A model generated the notes under the pieces. That model had not been told where the DNA came from and ran no database searches. It was given only the letters and a program-made list of their open reading frames with translations. The translations under genes and the position numbers were made by a program. This document shows, piece by piece, positions 9,814-18,868 of a DNA stretch of 64,000 bases; within the stretch, counting starts at the first letter, position 1, and every line of letters starts with the position of its first letter. The stretch covers positions 4,160,001 to 4,224,000 of the forward strand of contig OZ252299.1 of assembly GCA_965250285.1 (NCBI GenBank), given 5' to 3'. Origin of the DNA: Myxococcota bacterium. Lineage in GTDB: Bacteria > Myxococcota_A > UBA9160 > UBA4427.

Positions 9814-10767
9814 ATGGCGAGTGACGCAGAAGAAGCCGTGGCGCCGAGGCGGCGCACGCTGACGCGAGCCGAGCGCATCGTCGCCGTCGTCGGCTTTCCG
9901 CTGCTCATCACCGTCGACGTCACGGTGTACATCGCCGCCATCGAGCGCGGCGTCGACGCGAACCTCGCCGCCACCGCGCTGATCGTGATCAGCTTCGCAG
10001 CCATCGCGGTGACGGAGCGTTTCTTTCCATGGCAGCGCAGCTGGCTCAGAGCCCAGGGCGACGTCTTGACCGACATCGGGCTCGCGCTCTCGAACAACGT
10101 CGTGGTCAGCATCGGGGGACCGGCCGTGCTCGCCATCGTGGCGACGCTCGGCGCCGCGGCGTCGGAGGCGATCGGCGCGGGCCTCTGGCCGAGTGCGTGG
10201 CCGTGGGTCGGGCAGCTCGCGCTGGCACTCGTGCTCGCAGAGCTGGGCGAGTATTCGTTTCACCGCGCCATGCACGAGATCCCGTGGCTGTGGCGCCTGC
10301 ACGCGACGCACCACAGCGCGCCGCGGCTCTATTGGCTGAACGCCGCGCGATTCCATCCGCTCGACCTGTTCGTCGTCACGGTTCTAAAAGGGATCCCGCT
10401 GATCCTGCTCGGCGCGCCGCTCGAGGTCTTCGCGCTCGTGAACCTCTTCTCGGCCGTGCACGGCGCGTATCAGCACGCCAACCTGCCGGTGCGGCTCGGA
10501 CCGCTCAACTGGGTCTTCAGCCTCACCGAGCTGCATCGCTGGCATCACTCGCGGCGCATGGAAGAAGCCAACCACAACTACGGCGGCAATCTCATCATCT
10601 GGGACGTCGTCTTCGGCACGCGCTGGCTGCCCGACGACCGCGATCCCCCCGAAGAGATCGGCATCGAGGCCCTGCCCGCGTTTCCGAAGGGCTTCTTCGC
10701 GAACCTGCTGGTGCCCTTCCGGTGGAAGCAGGTCGAGGCCGATGCTTCGCGCGACGCCGCGGGCTGA
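9814..10767 (+). CDS. Sterol desaturase / fatty acid hydroxylase family protein
   Basis: His boxes YSFHRAMH, LHATHHS, HANL, HRWHHS and the NYGG..IWD.VFGT motif. Confidence 0.92.
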   Translation: MASDAEEAVAPRRRTLTRAERIVAVVGFPLLITVDVTVYIAAIERGVDANLAATALIVISFAAIAVTERFFPWQRSWLRAQGDVLTDIGLALSNNVVVSIGGPAVLAIVATLGAAASEAIGAGLWPSAWPWVGQLALALVLAELGEYSFHRAMHEIPWLWRLHATHHSAPRLYWLNAARFHPLDLFVVTVLKGIPLILLGAPLEVFALVNLFSAVHGAYQHANLPVRLGPLNWVFSLTELHRWHHSRRMEEANHNYGGNLIIWDVVFGTRWLPDDRDPPEEIGIEALPAFPKGFFANLLVPFRWKQVEADASRDAAG

Positions 10768-10882
10768 GGACGCGCCGCAAGGGTCGGGCACCCGCCCGCC
10801 GACAGCCGGCTCATCGACCGTGCCGGCCGACGACGGTCGGAGGGAGCCGATCGGAATGGGCGACTCCGCGCGGCGGCGTCGG

Positions 10883-12400
10883 TCAGCTCGGGCTCGACAC
10901 CTCTTCGAGCCCACCGGTCTGAATCTGCTCGACGAGCAGCGCGCGCTGCACCTGACCGGTGGCGGCCGTGCGCGGCAGCGCGTCGATCAGGAAGAGCCGG
11001 CGCGGCTTCTTGAAGCCGGCGAGCTTGCCTTCGAGCGCCGCAGACAGGGCCTCGAGCGAAAGCGCAGCGCCGCCGCGCGCGACCGCCACGGCGCAGACCA
11101 CCTCGCCCCAGTCGACGTCGGGCACACCGACGACGGCGATCTCGTCGACGCCCGGTGCGCCCGCCAGGGCCGCTTCGACCTCGCTCGGCGAGATGCTCTC
11201 GCCCCCACTGCGAATCAGCTCCTTCTTGCGGCCGACGATCGAGAGGTACCCCTCGTCGTCGAACGCCCCGAGGTCGCCGGTGTAGTACCAGCCGTCGCGC
11301 AGGCTGTGGGCCGTCGCGTCGGCATCGTCGAAGTAGCCATCCATGAGAAAGGCGCTGCGGCAGCGAATCTCGCCTTCGTCGGTGAGCTCGACGTCGACGC
11401 CGATCGATGCCGGCCCGACGCTGCCGGGCTTCCGAAGCACGTCTTCGTCGGCGAGGTTCGTCGCCGACCCGCACTCGGTCGAGCCGTAGTAGATGCGCGT
11501 CACGGTGTCTGGGAACCGATCCTTGAGCGACCGCACCAGCTCGATCGGCACTGCCGACGTACCCGTGTCGAGCTCGCGCAGCGCGGATAGATCCCAGCGA
11601 TTCGTATCGAGCGCGAGGATGCGGTTCCACACGAGCGGGATGCAGTAGATGCGATTCGATCGATGACGCTCGGCCGCATCGAGGATCGCCTCGGCCGTCG
11701 CCTGCTCGACGAAGGCGATGTCGCCGCGCGTCTGCCAGGCCGCGAGCGCGAGCGTGAACGCCGCCATGTGAAAGAGCGGAAACATGCAGACGGTCTTCTC
11801 GGGCGCATCTCGAAAGACGCCCTGGAACGTCCGTAGATGATTCGCACGGTGGGAGAGCACGACGCCCTTCGGGCGACCGGTGCTCCCGCTCGTGAAGAAG
11901 ACGACGTGCGGGTCACCCTCGCGCAGGGCCGGCTCGTCGAGATCGCGCGCGTCGTCGAAGCGCGCTGGCTCGAGGATCGGGTCGAAGCCCGAGGCTGCGC
12001 CCGGATAGAACGCAACGCGCTCGATCCCGGCGACCTGTGCGACGCGTTCGGCGTCGCTGGCGCGCACCGCGTCGACCACCAGGAGGGTCGCGCGAGCCAG
12101 CCGGGCGACCTCGGCCGCCTCGTCGGCGCCGAGGCGCGCGTTGAGCGGCGCAAACACCGCGCCGAGCTTCGCGAGCGCGACGAACAGCGGCAGCACGTCG
12201 AGCGAGGTGTCGGCCCACGACACGACGCGGTCGCCGTGCCCGACGCCGAGGGCCCGCAGCGCCCAGGCGAGGCGGTTGCCATTCGCGTCGAGCTCACCGT
12301 GCGTGACGACGCGGTCACCCAGCGAAGCCGCAGGGCGGTCGGGGACGACCCGCGCGTTGCGCCGGAAGAGATCGCCGATGAGGAGCGGTCGGGTTGCCAT
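10883..12400 (-). CDS. Acyl-CoA synthetase (class I adenylate-forming enzyme)
   Basis: FTSGSTGRPKG, YYGSTE, WYYTGDLG and GRKKELIRSGGE motifs. Confidence 0.93.
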   Translation of the reverse strand: MATRPLLIGDLFRRNARVVPDRPAASLGDRVVTHGELDANGNRLAWALRALGVGHGDRVVSWADTSLDVLPLFVALAKLGAVFAPLNARLGADEAAEVARLARATLLVVDAVRASDAERVAQVAGIERVAFYPGAASGFDPILEPARFDDARDLDEPALREGDPHVVFFTSGSTGRPKGVVLSHRANHLRTFQGVFRDAPEKTVCMFPLFHMAAFTLALAAWQTRGDIAFVEQATAEAILDAAERHRSNRIYCIPLVWNRILALDTNRWDLSALRELDTGTSAVPIELVRSLKDRFPDTVTRIYYGSTECGSATNLADEDVLRKPGSVGPASIGVDVELTDEGEIRCRSAFLMDGYFDDADATAHSLRDGWYYTGDLGAFDDEGYLSIVGRKKELIRSGGESISPSEVEAALAGAPGVDEIAVVGVPDVDWGEVVCAVAVARGGAALSLEALSAALEGKLAGFKKPRRLFLIDALPRTAATGQVQRALLVEQIQTGGLEEVSSPS

Positions 12401-12412
12401 GAGCCGAGATCC

Positions 12413-12446
12413 AGAATACCATTCTACGCTCTGGGAACAATGTTCT
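12413..12446. promoter_or_regulatory. Two related 13-bp palindromes in the divergent ligase/TetR intergenic region (candidate TetR operators)
   Basis: AGAATACCATTCT (12413-12425) and GGAACAATGTTCT (12434-12446), 21 bp apart and AT-rich against the GC background. Confidence 0.6.
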
Positions 12447-12507
12447 CTCGCGAGATCTCGGGCGCGCCCGGCCGAATGGGCCGCCGACGCCCGATCAGGA
12501 GTCCACC

Positions 12508-13158
12508 TTGGCCGATGCCCTGCCCGCCGCTTCCGCCGTGGTCGAGCGCTCGCTCGCGAGCCGTCGCGCGGCCGCCGAAGCCGAGGTGGGCCGGCTGATC
12601 GAGGCCGCGCTCTCGGTCATCCAGCGTACGGGGCAGCTCGAGCCCCGGGTCGGCGAGATCGTGCGCGAGGCGGGTCTGCACAATCAGGCCTTCTACCGGC
12701 ACTTTCGCTCGAAGCACGAGCTGCTCGCCGCGGTGCTCGATCACGGCATCGCCGTGCTGGCGAGCTACGTCGACCACCGAATGGCCGCCGCCGAGACACC
12801 GAGCGACCGAGTCGAGGCGTGGCTATCGGGGGTACTCGAGCAGGCCCTCGACCCGTCGGGCGCCGACGCGACCCGGCCCTTCGCGCTCGCGCGTGGACGC
12901 CTCGCCGAGGTCTGCCCCGACGAGGTGCGAGAGTCGGAGCGCCGACTCACGGCGCTGCTCGCCCACGCGATCGAAGCAGGTCGCATGTCGGGCGACTTCC
13001 TCGAGGCCGATGCCGAGGGGGATGCCGAGCTCCTCTACACCCTGGCCATGGGCTTCGTCGAGCGCGCACTCGCGGCGAACGCGACGCCGTCACGAGACGA
13101 TGCCGCGCGACTCGTCGACTTCGCGCTGGCCGGTCTGTCGCGCAGCGGCGGTCGGTAA
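12508..13158 (+). CDS. TetR/AcrR family transcriptional regulator
   Basis: HTH VGEIVREAGLHNQAFYRHFRSKHELL; TTG start after AGGAG. Confidence 0.9.
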   Translation: MADALPAASAVVERSLASRRAAAEAEVGRLIEAALSVIQRTGQLEPRVGEIVREAGLHNQAFYRHFRSKHELLAAVLDHGIAVLASYVDHRMAAAETPSDRVEAWLSGVLEQALDPSGADATRPFALARGRLAEVCPDEVRESERRLTALLAHAIEAGRMSGDFLEADAEGDAELLYTLAMGFVERALAANATPSRDDAARLVDFALAGLSRSGGR

Positions 13159-13161
13159 CCG

Positions 13162-13734
13162 ATGGAACGCGAGGTCTTTCTCACCGGCATCGGCGGCCAG
13201 GGCGTCCAGCTCGCCGCGCGCATCCTCGCGCTCGCCGCGATGGAAGAAGGCCGCGAGGTGATGTCGCTCGGGACGTACGGCGGCACGATGCGCGGCGGCA
13301 ACACCGACTCGACCGTCGTCGTCGCCGACACGGGCATCGGCGCGCCCCCGATCGTTGCGCGGGGCTGGTCGGCGCTCGTGATGCACCCGCGCTACTTCGA
13401 GCCGCTGCGCGCGAAGCTGCGCGCCGGCGGCGTGGTCGTCTACGACGCCGGCCTCGTCGAGGGCGAGCTCGACGTCGGCGATGCACGCGCGTTCGGCGTC
13501 GATGCCGGCGCGCTCGCCAAGCAGGCCGACGCCCGCGGCGCAGGCTCGATCGCGCTGCTCGGTGCGTACTGCGGCCTCACGGGTCTCGTCGGGCTCGACG
13601 CGCTTCGCTCGGCCATGAAGGCGGCGGTGCCGCCCTACCGCCACGACCGACTCGAGGCGAACGAACGCGCCCTCGCGCTGGGCTTCGAGACCTTGCCGGC
13701 TGCGCAGATGCCCGCCTGGGAGGACGCCGCATGA
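13162..13734 (+). CDS. 2-oxoacid:ferredoxin oxidoreductase gamma subunit
   Basis: TGIGGQGVQL, YGGTMRGG and N..AL..G motifs. Confidence 0.92.
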   Translation: MEREVFLTGIGGQGVQLAARILALAAMEEGREVMSLGTYGGTMRGGNTDSTVVVADTGIGAPPIVARGWSALVMHPRYFEPLRAKLRAGGVVVYDAGLVEGELDVGDARAFGVDAGALAKQADARGAGSIALLGAYCGLTGLVGLDALRSAMKAAVPPYRHDRLEANERALALGFETLPAAQMPAWEDAA

Positions 13735-13772
13735 GCCATCGACTCAGCCCCGCGGAAGGAGTCGGCGCATGA
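13731..13772 (+). other. 13-codon bridging micro-ORF (MSHRLSPAEGVGA)
   Basis: ATGA overlap with the gamma stop and ATGA overlap with the delta start; GGAGG upstream. Confidence 0.45.
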
Positions 13773-14017
13773 GCGAGATCGAGTCGCGCGGCACGGTTCG
13801 GATCGCGACTGAGCGCTGCAAGGGCTGCGAGCTCTGCGTGCCCGCCTGTCCGCCGAAGGTGCTCTCGATGTCGGCGACCCAGAACGACGCGGGCTACGCC
13901 GTGCCCGAGCTCGCGCCCGGCTGCACGGGCTGCGGCGCCTGCCTGCTCGTGTGCCCCGACTTCTGCTTCGAGATCTACCGGTACGAGACGCCCATCCGGC
14001 ACGAGGTGAGCTCGTGA
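13769..14017 (+). CDS. 2x[4Fe-4S] ferredoxin, oxidoreductase delta subunit
   Basis: CKGCELCVPACP and CTGCGACLLVCP motifs. Confidence 0.93.
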   Translation: MSEIESRGTVRIATERCKGCELCVPACPPKVLSMSATQNDAGYAVPELAPGCTGCGACLLVCPDFCFEIYRYETPIRHEVSS

Positions 14018-14055
14018 CCCCGCGATCCACAGCGCGCGACGAGGTGAGCCGATGA
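14014..14055 (+). other. 13-codon bridging micro-ORF (MTPRSTARDEVSR, GTG start)
   Basis: GTGA overlap with the delta stop and ATGA overlap with the alpha start; GAGGTG upstream. Confidence 0.45.
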
Positions 14056-15152
14056 CGCGACGACTCATGGAGGGCAGCGAGGCGATGGCCGAGGCCGCGA
14101 TCGCGGCCGGCTGTCGTTTCTTCGCAGGCTATCCGATGACGCCCTTCACCGAGCTGCTCGAGGCCTTCGCGAAGCGACTGCCCGAAGAAGGCGGTGCGTG
14201 CATCAACGCCGAGAGCGAGCTCGAGGCGATCGGCCAGGCGTGGGGCGCCGCCGCGACCGGGTCTCGCGCCGCGACCGGCTCGACGGGCCAGGGGCTCTCG
14301 CTCATGCAGGAGTCGATGTCGGAGATCACGCGCGCCGAGATCCCCATCGTGTTCTTCAACATGGCGCGCGGTCAGGGCGACTACTTTCAAGCGACGCGGG
14401 GCGGCGGACACGGCGATTATCGGCACATCGTGCTCGCGCCGATCGACGTGCGCGAAGGCGTCGAGCTCACGCAGCTCGCCTTCCACCTGGCCGATCGCTG
14501 GCGCCACCCCGTGCTGCTGCTGGGCGACTACCTGCTCGCGCATACGGCCGAAGCCGTCGACGTGACACCGATCGAGTTCGACCCGCTGCCCGAGAAGGAT
14601 TGGGCCGTCGACGGGTCGCTCGGCGGCACGGGTCGATCGCGCAACTTGAACCCGATCGGCATGGTCAAGGGCACGAAGGGCATCGACCCCGACGCGTTCT
14701 GGCGGAAGCTGCAGCAGAAGCAGGACCACATCGAGGCGAGTGAGCAGCGCTTCGAAGCCGAGCACACCGAAGACGCCGAGATCCTGATCGTCGCCTACGG
14801 CACGCTCGCCCGGTTCGCGCGGCACGCCGTGCGCGAGCTCCGCGCGGAGGGTATCCGCGCCGGCTACTTCCGACCGATCTCGCTTTGGCCCTTCCCGAGC
14901 GCCGCGCTCGCCGAAGCCGCGCGCGGCGTGGCCCGGGTCGCTTGCCTCGAGCAGAACGCGGGACAGATGATCGACGACGTGCGGCTCTCGGTACTCGGCG
15001 AAGCGCCCGTCGTCCCGATCGGCGGCATCTCGACCGACGCGGCCGGCTTCGGCATCGGACCCCTGCTCGACCCCGAGGTCGTTCGCTCTCGCATCGAGGC
15101 CGCCATCGAAGGCCGGGCCGTCGACGGTGTACTCGGAGGCGCCATCGCATGA
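14052..15152 (+). CDS. 2-oxoacid:ferredoxin oxidoreductase alpha subunit (Vor/Kor-like)
   Basis: FFAGYPMTP, AESELEA, GLSLMQE, DYFQATRGGGHGDY and EQNAGQM motifs. Confidence 0.93.
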   Translation: MTRRLMEGSEAMAEAAIAAGCRFFAGYPMTPFTELLEAFAKRLPEEGGACINAESELEAIGQAWGAAATGSRAATGSTGQGLSLMQESMSEITRAEIPIVFFNMARGQGDYFQATRGGGHGDYRHIVLAPIDVREGVELTQLAFHLADRWRHPVLLLGDYLLAHTAEAVDVTPIEFDPLPEKDWAVDGSLGGTGRSRNLNPIGMVKGTKGIDPDAFWRKLQQKQDHIEASEQRFEAEHTEDAEILIVAYGTLARFARHAVRELRAEGIRAGYFRPISLWPFPSAALAEAARGVARVACLEQNAGQMIDDVRLSVLGEAPVVPIGGISTDAAGFGIGPLLDPEVVRSRIEAAIEGRAVDGVLGGAIA

Positions 15153-15937
15153 AGATCGATACGAAGACCCAGCCCGAGAACGCCGAGCGCCGCGGAGATT
15201 TCGCGTCGCCGCTGCAGCTGACGACCGACCACGACCTGTGTCCGGGCTGCGGCGAACCGGTCGCGCTGCGCGCCATGCTCGATGCCGTCGAGAAGCTCGA
15301 TCTGCAGCGGCGCACGATCGGCGTGATCGGCATCGGCTGCTACACCGCGCTCACGTCTCTGATCGATCTCGACCTGATCCAGGCGCTGCACGGCCGCGCC
15401 CCGTCGGTCGCGACCGGGGCCAAGCGCATGCGGCCCGACCGGCTCGTCTTCACGCTGCAGGGCGACGGCGACATGGTGAACGAAGGCCTGCAAGAGGTGA
15501 TTCACACCGCGGCACGCGGCGAGAGCGTGACCTGCGTGTTGCTCAACAACGGCGTGTTCGGCGAGACGGGAGGTCACATGACCGCGACCACCGTGATCGG
15601 CCAGCGAACGAAGAACTCGCTCGAGGGCCGCGACCCGAGCTATCACGGACATCCGATCCTGATCTCGGACATGCTCGCCGGGCTGGGGGGGGTCGGCTAC
15701 GTCGCACGAGGTTCGGTGCACGACGCCGCTGGGGTGACGAAGACCCGTCGCTATCTCGAGCGCGCCTTCGAGAGTCAGATGAAGGGCGAGGGCTTCTCGT
15801 TCGTCGAGATCCTCACCATGTGCCCGACGGGCTGGTTCATCGGCACGCCCGAAGGACCGGGCTATCTCGATGAGGTCATGGGCAGCGTGCACGTGACGGG
15901 CGAGCTCAAGGTCGGCGGCGAGCTACAGCCACGCTGA
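15149..15937 (+). CDS. 2-oxoacid:ferredoxin oxidoreductase beta (TPP-binding) subunit
   Basis: CPGCG, GIGC, HGRAPSVATG, QGDGD...NNGVFGETGG and SFVEILTMCP; ATGA overlap with alpha. Confidence 0.93.
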   Translation: MKIDTKTQPENAERRGDFASPLQLTTDHDLCPGCGEPVALRAMLDAVEKLDLQRRTIGVIGIGCYTALTSLIDLDLIQALHGRAPSVATGAKRMRPDRLVFTLQGDGDMVNEGLQEVIHTAARGESVTCVLLNNGVFGETGGHMTATTVIGQRTKNSLEGRDPSYHGHPILISDMLAGLGGVGYVARGSVHDAAGVTKTRRYLERAFESQMKGEGFSFVEILTMCPTGWFIGTPEGPGYLDEVMGSVHVTGELKVGGELQPR

Positions 15938-16037
15938 ACACCGAATCTCCACACCTGTCTACAGACGGATCCTCGTCCGGACGAAAGCGTCCGAAGCGGT
16001 GCACGCCGGCATCGCCGGCCGATCGAGGATCTCGACG

Positions 16038-16859
16038 ATGGATGTGAACGCGTACTACAGCCATTCGGGCCGATTCAACCCGGCCGGCGTCGTGCTGATG
16101 ATCGCGGCGGCGCTCGTCGTCGGCCCGCTCCTCGGTGTCGTGTACGGGTACGTCGTCGCGTTCAATCCGTTCATCTACATCAACTTCCTGGCCACCCTCT
16201 TCGCGGGCGGCATCGCCGGCATGCTCGTGGGCAAGATGTCGCGTCCGGGCAAGGTGCGCAGCCTGGGTGTGTGCGCCGTCGCAGGCGTCGTCGCGGGCAT
16301 CGGGTTTCAGTACACGCAGTGGTGGGCGACCCTGCACTACTACGGCGCCGAAGTGGCGATCGATCAGCCGGCGGCGATCTGGTCCTTCATCGGCGAGCTC
16401 GCCGAGCTCGAGCCGTGGACGCTCATGGGCATCTCGCTCGGCTCGACAGGCTTCATGATCCTCTGGGCCATCGAAGGGCTGATCCTGATGGTCGCACCGG
16501 TGACGCTCGCCTGTGCCGAAGGATCGACGCCGTACTGCGAGCGCTGCGACACCTGGGCGGTCGATGCGGAGCCGCTCGGCCCCTTCGACTTCGTGAGCGA
16601 CGTCGACACGCTCAAGGCCCGCGTCGATCGGCGCGACCACGAGCCGCTCAAGGGCTTCGGACGCCCCGAAGCGACCGAGGATCGCTTCAGCACGATCACG
16701 CTGGCCTCGTGTACCGGTTGCCTGGGCCTGCGTCTCGCCACGATCAAGAACGTCGAGATCGAAGTCGAGAAGGACGGCGACACCAAACAGAACGAGTCCG
16801 AGATCTTGACCCACATCGTGCTCGACTCGCCCACCTACGACGCCCTCGCCAAGCTCTAG
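16038..16859 (+). CDS. Hypothetical membrane protein with two C-terminal CxxC motifs
   Basis: About 4 TM helices followed by YCERC and CTGC; coding-like GC3 bias. Confidence 0.7.
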   Translation: MDVNAYYSHSGRFNPAGVVLMIAAALVVGPLLGVVYGYVVAFNPFIYINFLATLFAGGIAGMLVGKMSRPGKVRSLGVCAVAGVVAGIGFQYTQWWATLHYYGAEVAIDQPAAIWSFIGELAELEPWTLMGISLGSTGFMILWAIEGLILMVAPVTLACAEGSTPYCERCDTWAVDAEPLGPFDFVSDVDTLKARVDRRDHEPLKGFGRPEATEDRFSTITLASCTGCLGLRLATIKNVEIEVEKDGDTKQNESEILTHIVLDSPTYDALAKL

Positions 16860-16968
16860 TCGCCCCGTCGTGGGGCCCCCAACTCGGCGAGACGGCGAGC
16901 CCCGAAGCGCTTATGATCGAAGGGGGCGGCCGGCGACCCCGCCGGCCTGCCCGCGACGAGGTGCTTCC

Positions 16969-17304
16969 GTGATTGATGATCCCTGGCGCGTCTTCCACGT
17001 TCGCGAGCTGCTCGAGAAGCAGCGAAGCGCCGGGACGCCCTACCTCGAGTTTCTGCGCGTCCCGAACCTGAGCTGCGGGCTCTATGAGCTGAAGGCCGGA
17101 TCCAAGGATCTCCAGAGCCCCCACGACGAGGACGAGGTCTACTTCATCATCGAGGGGCGCGGCCGGCTGCGGGTCGGAGACCACGAACAGGCCGTCGAGC
17201 GCGGCTCCGTGCTCTTCGTCGGCGCGAGCGAAGAGCACAGCTTCTTCGAGATCGAAGAAGACATGACCCTCCTCGTCTTCTTCGCGTCGGGTGGCCCCGA
17301 GTAG
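16969..17304 (+). CDS. Cupin domain protein
   Basis: QSPHDEDEVYFIIEGRG...G.VLFV...EEHSF cupin motif; GTG start after GAGGTG. Confidence 0.85.
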   Translation: MIDDPWRVFHVRELLEKQRSAGTPYLEFLRVPNLSCGLYELKAGSKDLQSPHDEDEVYFIIEGRGRLRVGDHEQAVERGSVLFVGASEEHSFFEIEEDMTLLVFFASGGPE

Positions 17305-17403
17305 CCCCGAGCCCACGCCGTCTGGCGAACGTCGCCGGGATTCTCGATGCTCCCGCTCCACGCAGCGCTCAGCTTCGGGCGCGCGAAGGACGGAGTGACG
17401 GGC

Positions 17404-17988
17404 ATGGCCGACAACGAGCGCGGCGAGGGTGTGGACACGGTCGAGCAGCCCCTGCCTTCGGAGACCGAGGCCGCGCGAGGCGGCTTCTTCCAGCGCCTCG
17501 GCCTCACTTTGCTCCTCGGCTTCGTGCTCTGGGTCGTCGGCGCCTGCGCCGTGCTCTGGTGGCAGCCGAATCGCTTCATCCAGCTCGGCGTCATCGCCGT
17601 CGCCGTCGTCGCAGCGCTGCTGATCCCGAAGCGGCACTTCGACCGCATCCTCGCGGCCTTCGCCTGCCTGCTGCTGATCGGCGCGCTCTTCTACCTGCCT
17701 TCGTATCTGATGACGACGGTGGTCGAGTTTCAGATTCGCAACACCGACCGCGACGCGGCCCGCGAGACCTACCTCATTCACACGAATCGCGGCGCCAAGA
17801 CCCCGAGCGACCCCGGCGAGACGTTCGAGAACATCGATGCGCCGCTCTTGTGGAAGGTGAACTCGTCCGACGTACAGGGGCAGGCCGAGAGCCTGAAGGG
17901 GCAGCGCGTGCGTGCGCGCGTGTTCGGCATTCGCTTCGCCGACTTCAGTCAGTACCGCAACGTGATCTGGCTCGAGCCCGCGACCTGA
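17404..17988 (+). CDS. Membrane protein with a DUF1523-like C-terminal domain
   Basis: 3 TM helices then FENID....KVNSSDVQ..A.......FGIRF..FSQYRN, resembling DUF1523. Confidence 0.6.
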   Translation: MADNERGEGVDTVEQPLPSETEAARGGFFQRLGLTLLLGFVLWVVGACAVLWWQPNRFIQLGVIAVAVVAALLIPKRHFDRILAAFACLLLIGALFYLPSYLMTTVVEFQIRNTDRDAARETYLIHTNRGAKTPSDPGETFENIDAPLLWKVNSSDVQGQAESLKGQRVRARVFGIRFADFSQYRNVIWLEPAT

Positions 17989-17998
17989 CCCACATGCG

Positions 17999-18844
17999 CT
18001 AGTCCGATTCGTCGCGCTCGGCGTCGGCCCGCGGCCAGGCCGGCCAGTCTTTCGCCACCGAGCCCTGCCACTTGGGCGGTCGTCGCTCGACGTACGCGAG
18101 GCCGCCCTCGATGGCGTCGGGCGCCCCCATCAGCACATGGTGCAGCTCGGTCTCGAAGCGCTCGACCTCGTCTCGACTGAGATTCGGGCTCTGCCACAGC
18201 AACCGCTTCGTGATCGCCGCGGAGAGGGGCGCGGTGTTCACCGCGACGTCGCGTGCCATCTCGAGGGCCGCGGGCAGCACCTCGTCGGCGGGCAACGAAC
18301 GCAGGGCGAGGCCCATCGCCGCCGCTTCAGCACCCTTCACTCGCGTGCCCGTCAGCATCAGCCACGCCGCCCGCTCGAAGCCGACGATGCGCGGCAGCGT
18401 GAAGTGACAGCACGCATCGGGCATCACGCCCCGCCGCACCTGCAGGACGCCGTACTTGCCCTCGTCGGCGACGATGCGCACGTCACACTGAAGCGCGAGG
18501 GTCAGCCCGAGCCCCACCGCGTGGCCGTTCACCGCGGCGATGACCGGCTTTCGGACGTCCCAGGGCGCGGGATGAACGGGCGTGGCGCTGAAGCCCGATG
18601 CGTCCTGCTTCGCGAACGTCTCTTCGCCTCCGCTCATGTCTGCGCCGGCACAGAACGCACGCCCCGCCCCCGTCAACACCACGGCGCGCACCGCGTCGTC
18701 GGCATCGCAACGGGCGAGCGCGTCGCCGAGCTCGTCGCCCATGCGACCGCTGAAGCTGTTCATCGCCTCGGGTCGGTCGAGAGTGACGACCGCGACGCCG
18801 TCTTCGAGCTCGAAGCGGATGTCGTCGTAGGTGTCGTCGCTCAT
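17999..18844 (-). CDS. Enoyl-CoA hydratase/isomerase (crotonase) family protein
   Basis: TLDRPEAMN, AFCAGADM and KPVIAAVNGHAVG motifs. Confidence 0.92.
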   Translation of the reverse strand: MSDDTYDDIRFELEDGVAVVTLDRPEAMNSFSGRMGDELGDALARCDADDAVRAVVLTGAGRAFCAGADMSGGEETFAKQDASGFSATPVHPAPWDVRKPVIAAVNGHAVGLGLTLALQCDVRIVADEGKYGVLQVRRGVMPDACCHFTLPRIVGFERAAWLMLTGTRVKGAEAAAMGLALRSLPADEVLPAALEMARDVAVNTAPLSAAITKRLLWQSPNLSRDEVERFETELHHVLMGAPDAIEGGLAYVERRPPKWQGSVAKDWPAWPRADAERDESD

Positions 18845-18868
18845 GCGCTTGGCCGTCCCCGTCGCCGC

